Virus record (IMG/VR): IMGVR_UViG_3300029267_003206
Location: 1-55,096 of that record
Origin: a virus
Lineage: Duplodnaviria; Caudoviricetes
Length of the DNA: 55,096 bases
Strand: one strand, 5' to 3'
Shown here one piece after another: positions 19,923-30,260 of this stretch; position 1 is the first letter of the stretch; each line of letters begins with the position of its first letter. The notes beneath the pieces were generated by a model. The model did not search any database. It saw nothing but the letters and a program-made list of their open reading frames with translations, and had not been told where the DNA came from. The position numbers were made by a program, and so were the translations under genes.

Positions 19923-20584
19923 TAAGAACCACCCCCAAATGCCATACCAATGGATGCTATATAGTCCCTCCAGAATTTACTTGCCATATTATTCAACATA
20001 GTAAGTTCCTCTGATGACATAGGTCGTGCATCTAAAGAAATTGGTCTTGGCGGTATTCTTGCACCAGAATCTCTTGTTGCATTCTTTGTAGATACTCTGA
20101 ACCCAGGACCAGCTTCCCAAGAAAGTGATCCAAACTGACCAGGATATCGTATTCTCTCTGTCCCCCCTCCACCAGAACCATATGACAAAATGGAGAGCAG
20201 ATCATATGTTCTACCTGCTGTATTCATCGCCATCCTTTTAGTCCCAAATCTGGCAGAACGAGAACCTATATCTCTGATTGAATAACTATTAACACCTGCA
20301 AGAGAACCCATAAGAAGTCCCGTTCTAACCAACGGTATGTTTCCTATCCTTACCATCCGACCAAGGAAAGTATCTCGAACCATAGCCCAGGGTCTCTGCT
20401 TTTGCTCATACCCTTCATTAAATCTTCGAGCAAATATCTGTTCGGTGGCAGTAAACAGATTCATAAAATACTGATTAAGAGGAGCATTTCTTAGCTTCTG
20501 TGGCAGGTTTTCGGTTTTAGCTGTAAACTTCTGTGCCCCATCACCTTCAAATGAAACATTGAATAACTGTCTTCTCCTTACCAA
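19922..20584 (-). CDS. Neck/virion morphogenesis protein (gpS/HK97 gp10-like)
   Basis: PW...PLVRTGLLMGSL...ARFGT...RIPPRP motifs. Confidence 0.7.
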   Translation of the reverse strand: MVRRRQLFNVSFEGDGAQKFTAKTENLPQKLRNAPLNQYFMNLFTATEQIFARRFNEGYEQKQRPWAMVRDTFLGRMVRIGNIPLVRTGLLMGSLAGVNSYSIRDIGSRSARFGTKRMAMNTAGRTYDLLSILSYGSGGGGTERIRYPGQFGSLSWEAGPGFRVSTKNATRDSGARIPPRPISLDARPMSSEELTMLNNMASKFWRDYIASIGMAFGGGS

Positions 20585-21459
20585 TCTATATCACCATCTG
20601 CTTGTATATGCTTTATGATTTCTGTTCCCTCTATCTTCAATTGTGTTATGTTAGCCATAAACTCTTGCCCACCTGAAACACTGTAATCTATAAACCTCTG
20701 ATAACAGTCTTTCTTAACCCGATTGAGCAGAAATCGCCTAACCAGATCATAGTCTGGTATGGTGACTGAATTTAACCGTTTGATTAACCATTCTACAACT
20801 TCAGTGGAACGATTATGTATGAATTCTGTTATAACCGTATCAGATAAAATATCTGCATCTTCTGGGAAAATAATTTCATCTTCTATCAACTGTTCCATAT
20901 TAAGTTCTATATCTGATACAGTGATGATAGGAATAACACCAACAACTTTAAAAGCATCTTGTTCGGCCAATACATCTAAGACAGATTTAGGATACATCTG
21001 AAGCAAAGCAAAACAACATTCTCCTGGTATAAGTGCAGGATCAGCGACTTCTAAAGATCGAGTCAGACTTATCTGAAGCATATGCATCTTATTAGGAGTT
21101 GTTGCTATCTCATCACCATCTACAACAGATACACCATCTATGCTAACTACTATAGTCCAGGCTGTATGCAGCTTACCTTCGTGAATCTTAAGAATCCAGG
21201 TCTCTTCATTAGACGAATCATTGTAAAGGATACCATAGAAAAGAATTTGAGATGGTGTTCCAGCAACAGGCATAGTCATAACTTTAACGGCTGTTTTTGT
21301 ATCATCCAATCTGTCTATATCAACATTCTTCATACCTTCCGTATCTGCTTTGGAAATTAGACGTTGAAAGACATATCTGCCTTTACTTTCTATGACTATA
21401 TTAGGTTGCACCATATACATACCCCATTTACTTTTTTTCCTGACGTAGTATGCTATCAC
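20578..21459 (-). CDS. Head-tail adaptor-like protein with N-terminal beta domain
   Basis: Position; helical C-terminal ITVSDI...LSDTVITEFI...EVVEWL pattern; start may be about 21420. Confidence 0.5.
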   Translation of the reverse strand: MIAYYVRKKSKWGMYMVQPNIVIESKGRYVFQRLISKADTEGMKNVDIDRLDDTKTAVKVMTMPVAGTPSQILFYGILYNDSSNEETWILKIHEGKLHTAWTIVVSIDGVSVVDGDEIATTPNKMHMLQISLTRSLEVADPALIPGECCFALLQMYPKSVLDVLAEQDAFKVVGVIPIITVSDIELNMEQLIEDEIIFPEDADILSDTVITEFIHNRSTEVVEWLIKRLNSVTIPDYDLVRRFLLNRVKKDCYQRFIDYSVSGGQEFMANITQLKIEGTEIIKHIQADGDIDW

Positions 21460-21790
21460 GTATATCTGTTAATAGTGTTGTCTGTGTTGATTGTTCTTTT
21501 GCCATATTATTAAAGCAATTTATAGTCTGCTGTTGATATAAGTTTTGCTTGTTTTTGACTTGATATACAGCAGTTTTTGTTTCATGAATATCTCTGCTGG
21601 TTAGAGCATTTGAGGTAATATCATTTTGACGTGGATCTGGAAGAGTTTCTGTTTTCCCATTCTTAATTCTTGTCTGGAGGAGATTTAAACCCATACCAGA
21701 TACTTTATAAAGAATAAGGACAATCAACATACTTCCAGCTACCATCCCTGCCTCAAATGCTCCTATATCTGCCATCTTTTCACTGTCCAT
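21428..21790 (-). CDS. Single-TM membrane protein (holin/lysis-like candidate)
   Basis: Hydrophobic AGMVAGSMLIVLILYKV followed by a coiled-coil; start reassigned from track ORF 21428..21916. Confidence 0.5.
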   Translation of the reverse strand: MDSEKMADIGAFEAGMVAGSMLIVLILYKVSGMGLNLLQTRIKNGKTETLPDPRQNDITSNALTSRDIHETKTAVYQVKNKQNLYQQQTINCFNNMAKEQSTQTTLLTDIRDSILRQEKK

Positions 21791-22253
21791 CCATCTTTCG
21801 AAATCGTCTCCATGCCCTTCTGCTTCGTCTCCGTGGTTCATCTTCTTTTGGGGAATGTTTCTCTTCAATATGTTGTTGCATCTCCTCATCTGAGTGTGCA
21901 ATATATCCACACCCATCTTCAGTGCAAGTCTGAGCCGAATTTAATTGTTCATTGCATCCATCTACTACCTTGCACTTTTCACAATCAGCATCATCTTTAG
22001 CTGTCCCAAAACACTCTGGAACAGGGGGATCTTCTTCAGGGCCGCCAGAGTCCTCGCTCGATGTTTCTTCGTCCTCTTCCTCTTCCAGCTTTACTTTTAC
22101 TTCTGGCTCTGGCGGATTTAGAGGGTCCATCTTGGAAAAATATGCATCCAATGCGGCTTGGCCTTCCTCTGCTTTGATAGGCCAGTTTAGGCCCAGATGA
22201 TTCTCAGGATCTACCTTCTTGATTTTTTTCCATATTTTACTTTTATTAACCAT
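21780..22253 (-). CDS. Acidic Cys/His (Zn-binding) hypothetical protein
   Basis: CFG...CEKC...C and CTEDGC...H...H motifs; GGAGG RBS. Confidence 0.65.
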   Translation of the reverse strand: MVNKSKIWKKIKKVDPENHLGLNWPIKAEEGQAALDAYFSKMDPLNPPEPEVKVKLEEEEDEETSSEDSGGPEEDPPVPECFGTAKDDADCEKCKVVDGCNEQLNSAQTCTEDGCGYIAHSDEEMQQHIEEKHSPKEDEPRRRSRRAWRRFRKMDGQ

Positions 22254-22255
22254 TT

Positions 22256-22453
22256 TCAGGCCTCCTTTATCTCTGCCTCAAGTTTCTTCTTCCTGGTGGT
22301 AAGTTTCGCATACCCTCTATCACCTTTCTTCTTACCCTTGAGGATAGCTTTGATTGTTTTCAGGGCTTCTTTCTTATCTGTCATCCCCTCAACAATCTTC
22401 TTCACATTTGCCTTTTTCCGTGATGTTTTGTTAGTTGTCTTTCGTCTACCCAT
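22256..22453 (-). CDS. Small, very basic protein (candidate DNA-condensing core protein)
   Basis: GGAGGT RBS; Lys/Arg-rich 65 aa within the virion module. Confidence 0.6.
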   Translation of the reverse strand: MGRRKTTNKTSRKKANVKKIVEGMTDKKEALKTIKAILKGKKKGDRGYAKLTTRKKKLEAEIKEA

Positions 22454-22478
22454 ATTAGACCTCCTTTTTTTGTTATGA

Positions 22479-22622
22479 TTATTCCTCTTCTTCTATGACT
22501 AATCTAAATGTGACAGAATGCCCACCTATCAGATCCACAGTCATCAATCCATATTTAGATATGTTCAGACTCTTTATTTCTTTGGATTCTCCACAATCTG
22601 GGCAGTAACAAGTATCAGACAT
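22479..22622 (-). CDS. Small CxxC protein (47 aa, not in track)
   Basis: AGGTGA RBS; MSDTCYCPDCGESK... Confidence 0.55.
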   Translation of the reverse strand: MSDTCYCPDCGESKEIKSLNISKYGLMTVDLIGGHSVTFRLVIEEEE

Positions 22623-22626
22623 ATAA

Positions 22627-24162
22627 TCACCTTTGTATTAAATCTACACTGACTATCTGTATTCTGTTGGCTGGCGAATTTGTTCTGTAAAGCATTAGCG
22701 TAACAACATCTCCTGGTTCAAACTCTACATCTGTTCCAAGAGTAAATGTCTGCTGATATCTTCTTGACGTTGTAGCAGATGTAAGATCGCCTAATGTAAC
22801 ATTACTTGCTTCATTATAGGAACCATATGCTTCTTCACCAGAATAAGCAGATGCATAATATTTCATACTACTGGCAGTGTATTCTGCAGTAAGGTTTAAA
22901 TAGATGATCTGTAATTTCCAATCTCTACCAGGTTGGGCACGGTTAGGAATCTTAAAACCAACCCTGAGACTACTACCAGAACCCCCTACTCCAGAGGGAT
23001 ATTCACCTAATCTAAATTGTGCAGCAGTTCCAGCTCCATATCCTAAGCAACTTCCACTTGGATATACGCCTAAAAATTGTGCTCTAATTTCATCTGGAGA
23101 ATACCACGTTCCATCTGTATTCCCATTTAAATGAGAAAAAGAAGCAGATAAAGATCCACCAGTCCGTTTTAATGAATTCGTTCCACCAGAGATATAGGGT
23201 GATGTTACATAACAGCTTCCGGCGGAAACATAAACACCATACTCATAACCAATTATGCTTGATGAAGTTACATTGCAGACACCCCCCACAACATATACAC
23301 CTTCATCACCAACTTCTATGTCATTAACAAGGAGTTTGAGGCTGCCATTAGATACAGCAATTCCTCTTCCACTCCCCCCTGCACCACCTTTATCTACTAT
23401 CTGTCCAACTCTACCAGTTATTTCAGATGTAGCAGATGAACATACAATAGCATTTGCATTGACAGATGTGTCTTCTAACCAGATAACATCTATGTTAAGA
23501 ATTATATTTCCACCAGAAGCATAGAATCCTCTACAGGCATCATCAACACCATTAACAATACATCTTTTAGCAGTAACATAGATATATGATCCTTCAGTAT
23601 TAGCCACAACCAGATCACTACCTTCAACTGTTTCAAGTTCATCTGCTGTTACATAGGCAAATCCGGTTACATCCATAGTAATACAATCACTATCATCCCC
23701 TTCAATCCGCCGCATATGCACATGCACCCCATTTTTAAGAGTAATCTTCCCAGTTAATTCCATATTGGGTGCATATATATTTACACCTGCTGTGCAGGTT
23801 ATATCTTCATCATAGGCCCCATTATCAAAGCAGATAACTGTATCCCCATCTGATGCTTGTGAAATTGCATATGTAAGTGTTAGGAAGGCATTTTCATTAT
23901 CCTTCCCATCATTCCCATTATCTCCATGCTTCCCCCAGTAATATGCATTAGAGGCAGGTTTTTGCATATTTCGCCAGTTGCCATTGAAATATCCAATAAA
24001 TACATCTGACGTAGTGTTATAGTAGAACATACCTTCCTGGGGATCTCCACTTCCATTTTGGGTGCTATCCCACTTCTGGCCTTGGATAAATGTTAAGCAT
24101 GCTGCATCATTAGCATACTCACCCATGTAGTTGTTCTGCCCATATGGTATTTTCAATGCCAT
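22627..24162 (-). CDS. Fibre/spike protein with right-handed beta-helix (pectin-lyase-like)
   Basis: YYWGKHGDNGNDG...AFLTLTYAI...GDTV...GAYDEDI beta-helix cap; Gly/Val repeats; N-terminus shared with 24253..25752. Confidence 0.7.
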   Translation of the reverse strand: MALKIPYGQNNYMGEYANDAACLTFIQGQKWDSTQNGSGDPQEGMFYYNTTSDVFIGYFNGNWRNMQKPASNAYYWGKHGDNGNDGKDNENAFLTLTYAISQASDGDTVICFDNGAYDEDITCTAGVNIYAPNMELTGKITLKNGVHVHMRRIEGDDSDCITMDVTGFAYVTADELETVEGSDLVVANTEGSYIYVTAKRCIVNGVDDACRGFYASGGNIILNIDVIWLEDTSVNANAIVCSSATSEITGRVGQIVDKGGAGGSGRGIAVSNGSLKLLVNDIEVGDEGVYVVGGVCNVTSSSIIGYEYGVYVSAGSCYVTSPYISGGTNSLKRTGGSLSASFSHLNGNTDGTWYSPDEIRAQFLGVYPSGSCLGYGAGTAAQFRLGEYPSGVGGSGSSLRVGFKIPNRAQPGRDWKLQIIYLNLTAEYTASSMKYYASAYSGEEAYGSYNEASNVTLGDLTSATTSRRYQQTFTLGTDVEFEPGDVVTLMLYRTNSPANRIQIVSVDLIQR

Positions 24163-24215
24163 TCATCTGCCTCCTATTGTTATACATTGTGATAAGATAA
24201 ACGTAAGAGTGAAAT

Positions 24216-24245
24216 AAAAGGGTAGACAGTTTTATCTGCCTACCC
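24216..24245 (-). terminator. Hairpin plus U-tract terminator
   Basis: Minus strand gggtaggcag-ataaaa-ctgtctaccc-tttt. Confidence 0.6.
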
Positions 24246-24252
24246 CTCATGA

Positions 24253-25752
24253 TCAGGCCACATACCATCCGGTATTACCTGTTCCAGACATCTTCATATA
24301 TGTGATAAAGTTTGTAGTGTCCAGATACTTGTCCCCAACATTTCCAGTAACAGAGCCTTCGGGGGTGTTAGCTCCAGATGAGAATTTGCTCAGATTCCCA
24401 TCAGAGATTTTACTGTTCAGATTAGCAAGCGTATCTGCAGTGTGCGTAGAAGAGCCAAGCAGATGGGCCTTTGCGGGCTGATTATCTGCCAATTCACCTG
24501 ACAATCCAGCAACTGAGATTTCATCCGATCCACCATTTTCATGGCTTGTATGATGACCTTTTGGATCACCCAATGCAGCGATATCTCCAAGCTGACAACG
24601 TTTCTTGGCATAGGTATCTGTTGCATCTTCAATCAGAATCTCATCGGCAGTTGCCGGAGCAACATCATCCACAGCATGGATCTCACCAGACGTATCATCA
24701 TGGATAGCAGATGTATCAATACCATCTTCAGGAACAGCATTCTGATCATCTGCCAGAACACCAGATAACCCTGCTACAGAGATCTCATCTGATCCACCAT
24801 TCTGATGACTTGCTTTGTGAGCAGAAGGGGCAAAAGTACTTGGGATGCTAGCAAGATCAGAGTAGGTTACCTTCTTTGAGTTCGAGCCATCGTGGTCATG
24901 ACCAGTTGTTGTATGGAACAGAGCATCTATCTCTGTTTCTGTGTAATATAGCTGATCATGCTTATGCTCTGAACAGTCATTACCATCTGTCAGATCTGTA
25001 TGCTCCGCAGCGGTTAGATGGTAATACTCATCCGTTGTCCCACCCTGTTTATTAGCGGTGTCATTGTGGTTATAAATAGATGCCATCTTCACCCATGAAG
25101 AAGTGAAAACGTATGATGTATCTTCATCATCTACCCAACAGGCAAATCCTTCATTTGGTGTGGTAAACTCCCAATCAGCAGGATCATCACCTTCTGCAAT
25201 ACATATCGCTATATCATTCACAGCTCCACCAGACCAATCGCCACCTGTTCCGGCGACGATGTATCTATCTCCAATAGTAGGAGATGGAGCAGTTACGAGA
25301 TCCTTATCTTTGACAGAATCCTGCCATTCCAGACCCTGGGCAAGAGCATCCACATATCCCTTTGTAGCAAGATGTGCATCATCCGTAGGTGTTACACCTT
25401 TCACCACATCACTGAAATCTCTGGTTCCAGCTGCGAGAATATACTCTGTATGGTCATCTGATCCATAGGCAGAGAAAGCAGTTGCGTGATTTAACTGTCC
25501 ACCCTCTACTCCTGATGCGGAATGGTCGTGATCGTGAAAACCAGTTCCTCCCGCATCTACCCAAGAACCATTTACATATGCCTTATACGCATTGGCAGAC
25601 GTATCATAAAACGTCATACCATTCTCTGGTGTGCCTGTCCCATTCTTGTTCGAATCCCAGTTTTGGGATTGAATCCAAGTCAGAGCGGCAGCTTCACCTG
25701 CATGCTTGCCGATGAAGTTATGTTGTCCAAATGGTGCATCTAACGCCATCAC
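24253..25752 (-). CDS. His-rich fibre protein with DUF2793-like module
   Basis: ATKGYVD fibre motif; GDRYIVAG...WEFTTPNEGFACWVDDE; HxH motifs; SH(Q/E)NGGSDEISVAGLSG repeated twice. Confidence 0.7.
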   Translation of the reverse strand: MMALDAPFGQHNFIGKHAGEAAALTWIQSQNWDSNKNGTGTPENGMTFYDTSANAYKAYVNGSWVDAGGTGFHDHDHSASGVEGGQLNHATAFSAYGSDDHTEYILAAGTRDFSDVVKGVTPTDDAHLATKGYVDALAQGLEWQDSVKDKDLVTAPSPTIGDRYIVAGTGGDWSGGAVNDIAICIAEGDDPADWEFTTPNEGFACWVDDEDTSYVFTSSWVKMASIYNHNDTANKQGGTTDEYYHLTAAEHTDLTDGNDCSEHKHDQLYYTETEIDALFHTTTGHDHDGSNSKKVTYSDLASIPSTFAPSAHKASHQNGGSDEISVAGLSGVLADDQNAVPEDGIDTSAIHDDTSGEIHAVDDVAPATADEILIEDATDTYAKKRCQLGDIAALGDPKGHHTSHENGGSDEISVAGLSGELADNQPAKAHLLGSSTHTADTLANLNSKISDGNLSKFSSGANTPEGSVTGNVGDKYLDTTNFITYMKMSGTGNTGWYVA

Positions 25753-25779
25753 TTACACCTCTTCTTCTAATGTCTATAA

Positions 25780-26082
25780 TCAGATGACACTCCAAACTGT
25801 GCCAGCTGGATTACTGACGCAAACGTAAATCAGACCAGTTACCAAGTCTTGATACTTCTGACCAAGTGCTCCAGATGTTACCCCATTAGGATTTCCATTT
25901 CCAGTCTTCATTGGCAGAGTAGCACCAAGAAGCTGTAATTCTAAATATCTTAGTCGAGCTATCACAGATGCCACACTGGAATTATCTGCAATGTCTTCTT
26001 TATTCCCAACTACATCTCTGGTGCGGGTATTATGGGTGCTATCCTTGATGGGCACTACTGGGCCTGGTGGGCAATCGGTCAT
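25780..26082 (-). CDS. Small fibre adaptor protein
   Basis: N-terminus shared with 28365..30260; C-terminus shared with 24253..25752. Confidence 0.7.
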   Translation of the reverse strand: MTDCPPGPVVPIKDSTHNTRTRDVVGNKEDIADNSSVASVIARLRYLELQLLGATLPMKTGNGNPNGVTSGALGQKYQDLVTGLIYVCVSNPAGTVWSVI

Positions 26083-26330
26083 TGGAATCCCCCTACTATT
26101 ACATCTAACTTTCCTTTATCATCTACTGATAGTTCTACATCCCACACTAAAGTAAGAAGACCTGGTTCATTTCCTCCATGTGGGAAGAGATCTTGTTCTT
26201 TAAATGGGCCTGCATCATATCTGGCCCATTGTTCATTCTTATTATCCATTTCAGAACAATCAATGGCAGATTCAATATCATTCAGATTAACTTCTTCTCC
26301 ATCGAAGTTCTCATAAGTGTATTCAATCAT
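26079..26330 (-). CDS. Small acidic virion-module protein
   Basis: Translationally coupled on both sides. Confidence 0.6.
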   Translation of the reverse strand: MIEYTYENFDGEEVNLNDIESAIDCSEMDNKNEQWARYDAGPFKEQDLFPHGGNEPGLLTLVWDVELSVDDKGKLDVIVGGFQ

Positions 26331-26713
26331 AGTATCTCCTCTGCACCAGCTATCCCCATACTTATTCCAATACTTCCACCTGCTGTTGAACGAAACAGCA
26401 AGGTTAATGAGAAACTTATTGCAACAGTGATTGTAAAGCAGATATGACCTGTAACCAGTTGTGGTGTATTAATTGCCAATGCCTGCATATAACTCTGGAT
26501 GAAAGGTGAATTATTTATCCCCAACGCTACTTCACCAGTATTCCCACCTGCTGGAGCTAAGAATTGAGCAGAGAAGCGTAGACAATATCTTCCAGGTTTT
26601 AGGGTAAGAGGAAGAGAAGCTTTAGTCTGCCATGATGTAGATGTGGTGTATGAAGGTGGATAGGATTCCACATGTTCGTTAAATGGTTTGATGTATTCAA
26701 CAATATCTGCCAT
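26327..26713 (-). CDS. Beta-sandwich (TNF/C1q-like) fibre-tip candidate
   Basis: TTSTSWQT...LTLKPGRYCLRFSAQF pattern; GGAGG RBS. Confidence 0.55.
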   Translation of the reverse strand: MADIVEYIKPFNEHVESYPPSYTTSTSWQTKASLPLTLKPGRYCLRFSAQFLAPAGGNTGEVALGINNSPFIQSYMQALAINTPQLVTGHICFTITVAISFSLTLLFRSTAGGSIGISMGIAGAEEIL

Positions 26714-27656
26714 ATGTGCTCTCCTCCTGAGTCCAAGCTCTTATCTGCCCAATTTCAAGTGCTGCTACGCCACCAACAGATTTATTATAAAACTGCATTG
26801 TCTGCACATCAATTGGAACCTGAACCTGCGTGGGATTAAATTCTCTAACAAGAGTTTCATCTATCCAAAATCGGAATACTATATGTGTATCTCCTGCATC
26901 ATCCTCAAAATGTGTGCTGATTCGTAGCTTATGTAAATTGGGTGTTCCAGACACTACATAATCATCTTGGTCAACTGTCGCTCCATTTGCTCTTACAAGT
27001 GACCTAACACCCGTTGGGATGGGAACAAATCCAATTAGGTTATCAGAAACAGAAGTTGCAGCATCTAATTTTGACCATCCCCAAAGAGAATCACCTGCTT
27101 GTAGTAATGCCTGAGAACTGAGGATGATATTGAACTCCAAATTCATCTGTTGGAACATATGATTAGCAGATGGTAAATTTGGGGAAGAAAGGTTCAATAA
27201 ACATTGCCACCATTTCTGTCGTGAAATGAATCTTATATTCTCTCCATCATCAAGATCCAGATGCACATAGATCAAACCTGCTGCAGAGTCTTTGTAAATA
27301 ACTCCATCGCCTGATACGATCCAACGATCATCGGTGATTATATTATCTGCATCATCCCATGTCTGCCATCCTTCAAACATACTTGTCCTGGGCAAACCCT
27401 GCTTCTCTATATGTCTAAGCATATCTATAAGTCCCTTGTTATATCTCATCAGGGAGTAAGTATCTGCCTTGGAATACACAGATGTATCTTCTTTGTTTCC
27501 AACAACATCTGTGACATATGAATTGTTAACTGCATCAGAGGGTGGGACATCTAACCTACCCATTATCTCATCTGCTTTTCCATTTATCTCATCTGCCTTC
27601 CCATCAATAACGCCCAAGGCAGCTAAAATATCTCTAAACTTTTTAAGATAATCCAT
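26697..27656 (-). CDS. Fibre protein: coiled-coil, DVVGNKED module, lectin-like C-terminus
   Basis: GKADEI tandem repeat; shared motif; HKLRI...FWIDE ConA-like strand pattern. Confidence 0.6.
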   Translation of the reverse strand: MDYLKKFRDILAALGVIDGKADEINGKADEIMGRLDVPPSDAVNNSYVTDVVGNKEDTSVYSKADTYSLMRYNKGLIDMLRHIEKQGLPRTSMFEGWQTWDDADNIITDDRWIVSGDGVIYKDSAAGLIYVHLDLDDGENIRFISRQKWWQCLLNLSSPNLPSANHMFQQMNLEFNIILSSQALLQAGDSLWGWSKLDAATSVSDNLIGFVPIPTGVRSLVRANGATVDQDDYVVSGTPNLHKLRISTHFEDDAGDTHIVFRFWIDETLVREFNPTQVQVPIDVQTMQFYNKSVGGVAALEIGQIRAWTQEESTYGRYC

Positions 27657-27659
27657 ACA

Positions 27660-28364
27660 TTAAACCCCCAACAGACTCCGTTCTTTGGAATATAATTGCT
27701 TAACTTCCATCTCAGATTTCACAACAGTCCATAGTTTTGGTCTTGCTGTTGCTCCTATGAAATTTCCTCCGCTTCCATATTCTCCCCCCATCTCTGTATA
27801 AATTCCAGGGGTGACAGTTGGGGCAATATGAGATGCTTGGACACCTTTTGCTATCTCTTCCCCATCCACAAAGAAGCGTGCAAGACCACCATCGTTTACT
27901 GTGATAACTACAAGCTGCCAGGAACCAGAAACATTAATAGCCCCTGCTACAGTTTCTGAAACTTGAGATGTAACTCCCTGGATGGTTTCAATGCCCAAGA
28001 TACCAGATGCCTTAAGGTAACATCTATACCCACCAACCGCTGTCTGAAACTTACGAAAGAAATCTGCACTATGATCCAATCCAGGAGCAAGCCAGATAGC
28101 AATTGTAAACTCTCCACCAGGTTCTAATAACTGTTTATCTTTGTCTTCCCCTATCTGAATTACATCTGTATTCCGTAATTGACCATAATGGAATATGACA
28201 TATATTCCAGTAGATCGTGGTCCAGTCCAAACACAGGTATTCACCAACGCATCCATTGAATTTTTACTTCTTCCACGAATAACTGCTTCGTTTAATCCCT
28301 CTGCATATGGAAGGTCAAGCACCAGACCATCATTCAATGCTTCTCCATCATGACTCTGACTCAT
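27660..28364 (-). CDS. LamG/concanavalin-A-like domain protein
   Basis: GLVLDLPYAEG, FTIAIW, WQLVVIT, FFVDG, F.G...KLW..VKSEMEVKQLY. Confidence 0.85.
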   Translation of the reverse strand: MSQSHDGEALNDGLVLDLPYAEGLNEAVIRGRSKNSMDALVNTCVWTGPRSTGIYVIFHYGQLRNTDVIQIGEDKDKQLLEPGGEFTIAIWLAPGLDHSADFFRKFQTAVGGYRCYLKASGILGIETIQGVTSQVSETVAGAINVSGSWQLVVITVNDGGLARFFVDGEEIAKGVQASHIAPTVTPGIYTEMGGEYGSGGNFIGATARPKLWTVVKSEMEVKQLYSKERSLLGV

Positions 28365-30260
28365 TCACTCACCTTCCTTAAATATAGCCTGAGTTTCGAA
28401 GTTAACTGCGGGGTCATAACCAGTTGCAGAAGAAATCTGATTAAAAACTAATTTAATACCCCATCTATTAGGTGTAAGATGCCAGGTTATAACTTCAGAT
28501 CCATCCTCTAACCCACCAACAAGATCATCATATTGTTCCTTTTCTACCTGCTTGTAACTACCATATGCTTCCAGTTGATGTGATTCTGTAAGTGTAATAG
28601 AATCTCCTTCTGCCATATTCTCCACATTTAATCTAACAAGAAGGGGGTTCTTCATACGATGTTCTTCCATCTTCAGGAGAATAATATCACCAGAGTCTTC
28701 AGGAGCAAACAGGAAGTTGTATTCTTTCAACTGTAATTCTCCATTTACCTTCTCAAATATCCCCTCTGTTTTGACAAACTCATCATCAAGAGCATCTTCT
28801 ATATCATGGACAGTATCGTTAGTATCATCAAGTATCAAATCCAACCGTCCACCATCTTCCCAATCCAGCTGTAGTTCATTTGTATCTTCCAGAATAGCAT
28901 CCAAGATTAAATCCAACCGTCCACCATCTACCCACCACACCCTAAGATCATCCACCCAGGAGTATATGGTATCTACATTACCATCTATAACATCAACCTT
29001 TCCATTGATTGTGATAACATCTGCTTGAACACTGTCTATCTTAGATTCTATAGTATTCAACGCTAAAATAACAGTAGCCAGATCAGATACTATATCATCC
29101 AGAATAAGATCCAATCTTCCACCATTTGCTAAATCTTGTAGAATATCATTTAGACCTACTACACAATACATCTCTTGAGCAGGTAATTGAAATGCCTTCC
29201 CGTTAAATGTTATGGTGGCATTGTCAAATGTGATTCTTGCTAAATCTCCCACGGCCCATGCAGATGCTGGGAAATGGTATGGGTAGTATATCCTCCCATT
29301 AGAATCCACTGTTGCACTAGATGTAACGTTAAGCCACGTCACGTCTACACCTTTTCGCCATCTGTCTATGGTGCAAGTTGGTTTGACAGATATAGCTGCT
29401 CCAGCTGGGAATGAAGATAGCAGATCATTTACAGCAAACCCTAAAGCAGTTGAAGGGATGTTAGGTGAAGCCCATATCATTACAGGATTCTCTTTTCCAA
29501 GCATCCCTTTTAACAATTCTGTTGTATCAAGGAGAATCTGGTCAACAATTGGATCAATAACATCTATCTTTCCTTCAATAGAATCACAGGTGCTTTGGAT
29601 ATTCTGCAACATAACATATATCTGCCCAGCAGGTTCCAGATAACCATTTGTCTCTGTTACAATTGTCTCAATGTTATCAATTTGGGTAGATATGTCACCC
29701 AAATCAGTCAGAAGGCATGTCTGTGGAATCTGAACTATATCATATGTAGTTACACCAATCGTGGCAGTAGATTTTGTATTTTCCACTACCTTCACTGCAT
29801 CATCTTCTGCCCAACTTACAGAAGTTAAGTCGATGATATAATACAAGATGCCATCTTTTTTAAGTAACGTGACACCAGCAGAGATTGTAGTTTCAACTCC
29901 ACCTCTGATCCGAATAACATTAATCGTCCCTGCTGTTAAATTAACAGCCGGAACAGGGTTTTCTGTGCTCCTGTTTAACACAGAAACAGCATAAACAATA
30001 GAAGCATTGACATATGAGAATTCTGTCATCTCTGTGTGCATAACTAAAGCAGCAGTTGCAGATGCACCCAACATAACTTCTATGTATCTCAAATGGGCAA
30101 TAACAGACGCAGTTGGAAGACCACTGGCAGAATCCAGCTTGTTTCCAATCACATCCCTTTGCCTGGTGTTACCTATATAATTGGGTATGACAACTTTAGG
30201 CCCCATAGGCCAATCAGACCCATCCCCAGACAGAGTTTCACCCCCTATCTGTATTACCAA
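28365..30260 (-). CDS. 631-aa fibre/whisker protein: Ig-like domains and coiled-coil with GGRLDLILD repeats
   Basis: Heptad IEGKIDVID/IESKIDSV segments; GGRLDLILD three times. Confidence 0.7.
   Translation of the reverse strand: MVIQIGGETLSGDGSDWPMGPKVVIPNYIGNTRQRDVIGNKLDSASGLPTASVIAHLRYIEVMLGASATAALVMHTEMTEFSYVNASIVYAVSVLNRSTENPVPAVNLTAGTINVIRIRGGVETTISAGVTLLKKDGILYYIIDLTSVSWAEDDAVKVVENTKSTATIGVTTYDIVQIPQTCLLTDLGDISTQIDNIETIVTETNGYLEPAGQIYVMLQNIQSTCDSIEGKIDVIDPIVDQILLDTTELLKGMLGKENPVMIWASPNIPSTALGFAVNDLLSSFPAGAAISVKPTCTIDRWRKGVDVTWLNVTSSATVDSNGRIYYPYHFPASAWAVGDLARITFDNATITFNGKAFQLPAQEMYCVVGLNDILQDLANGGRLDLILDDIVSDLATVILALNTIESKIDSVQADVITINGKVDVIDGNVDTIYSWVDDLRVWWVDGGRLDLILDAILEDTNELQLDWEDGGRLDLILDDTNDTVHDIEDALDDEFVKTEGIFEKVNGELQLKEYNFLFAPEDSGDIILLKMEEHRMKNPLLVRLNVENMAEGDSITLTESHQLEAYGSYKQVEKEQYDDLVGGLEDGSEVITWHLTPNRWGIKLVFNQISSATGYDPAVNFETQAIFKEGE

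Noticed and set aside
22627-30260. Diversity-generating retroelement acting on fibre genes
   Set aside because: No reverse transcriptase, and no TR/VR pair differing at adenines seen; repeats are protein-level modules
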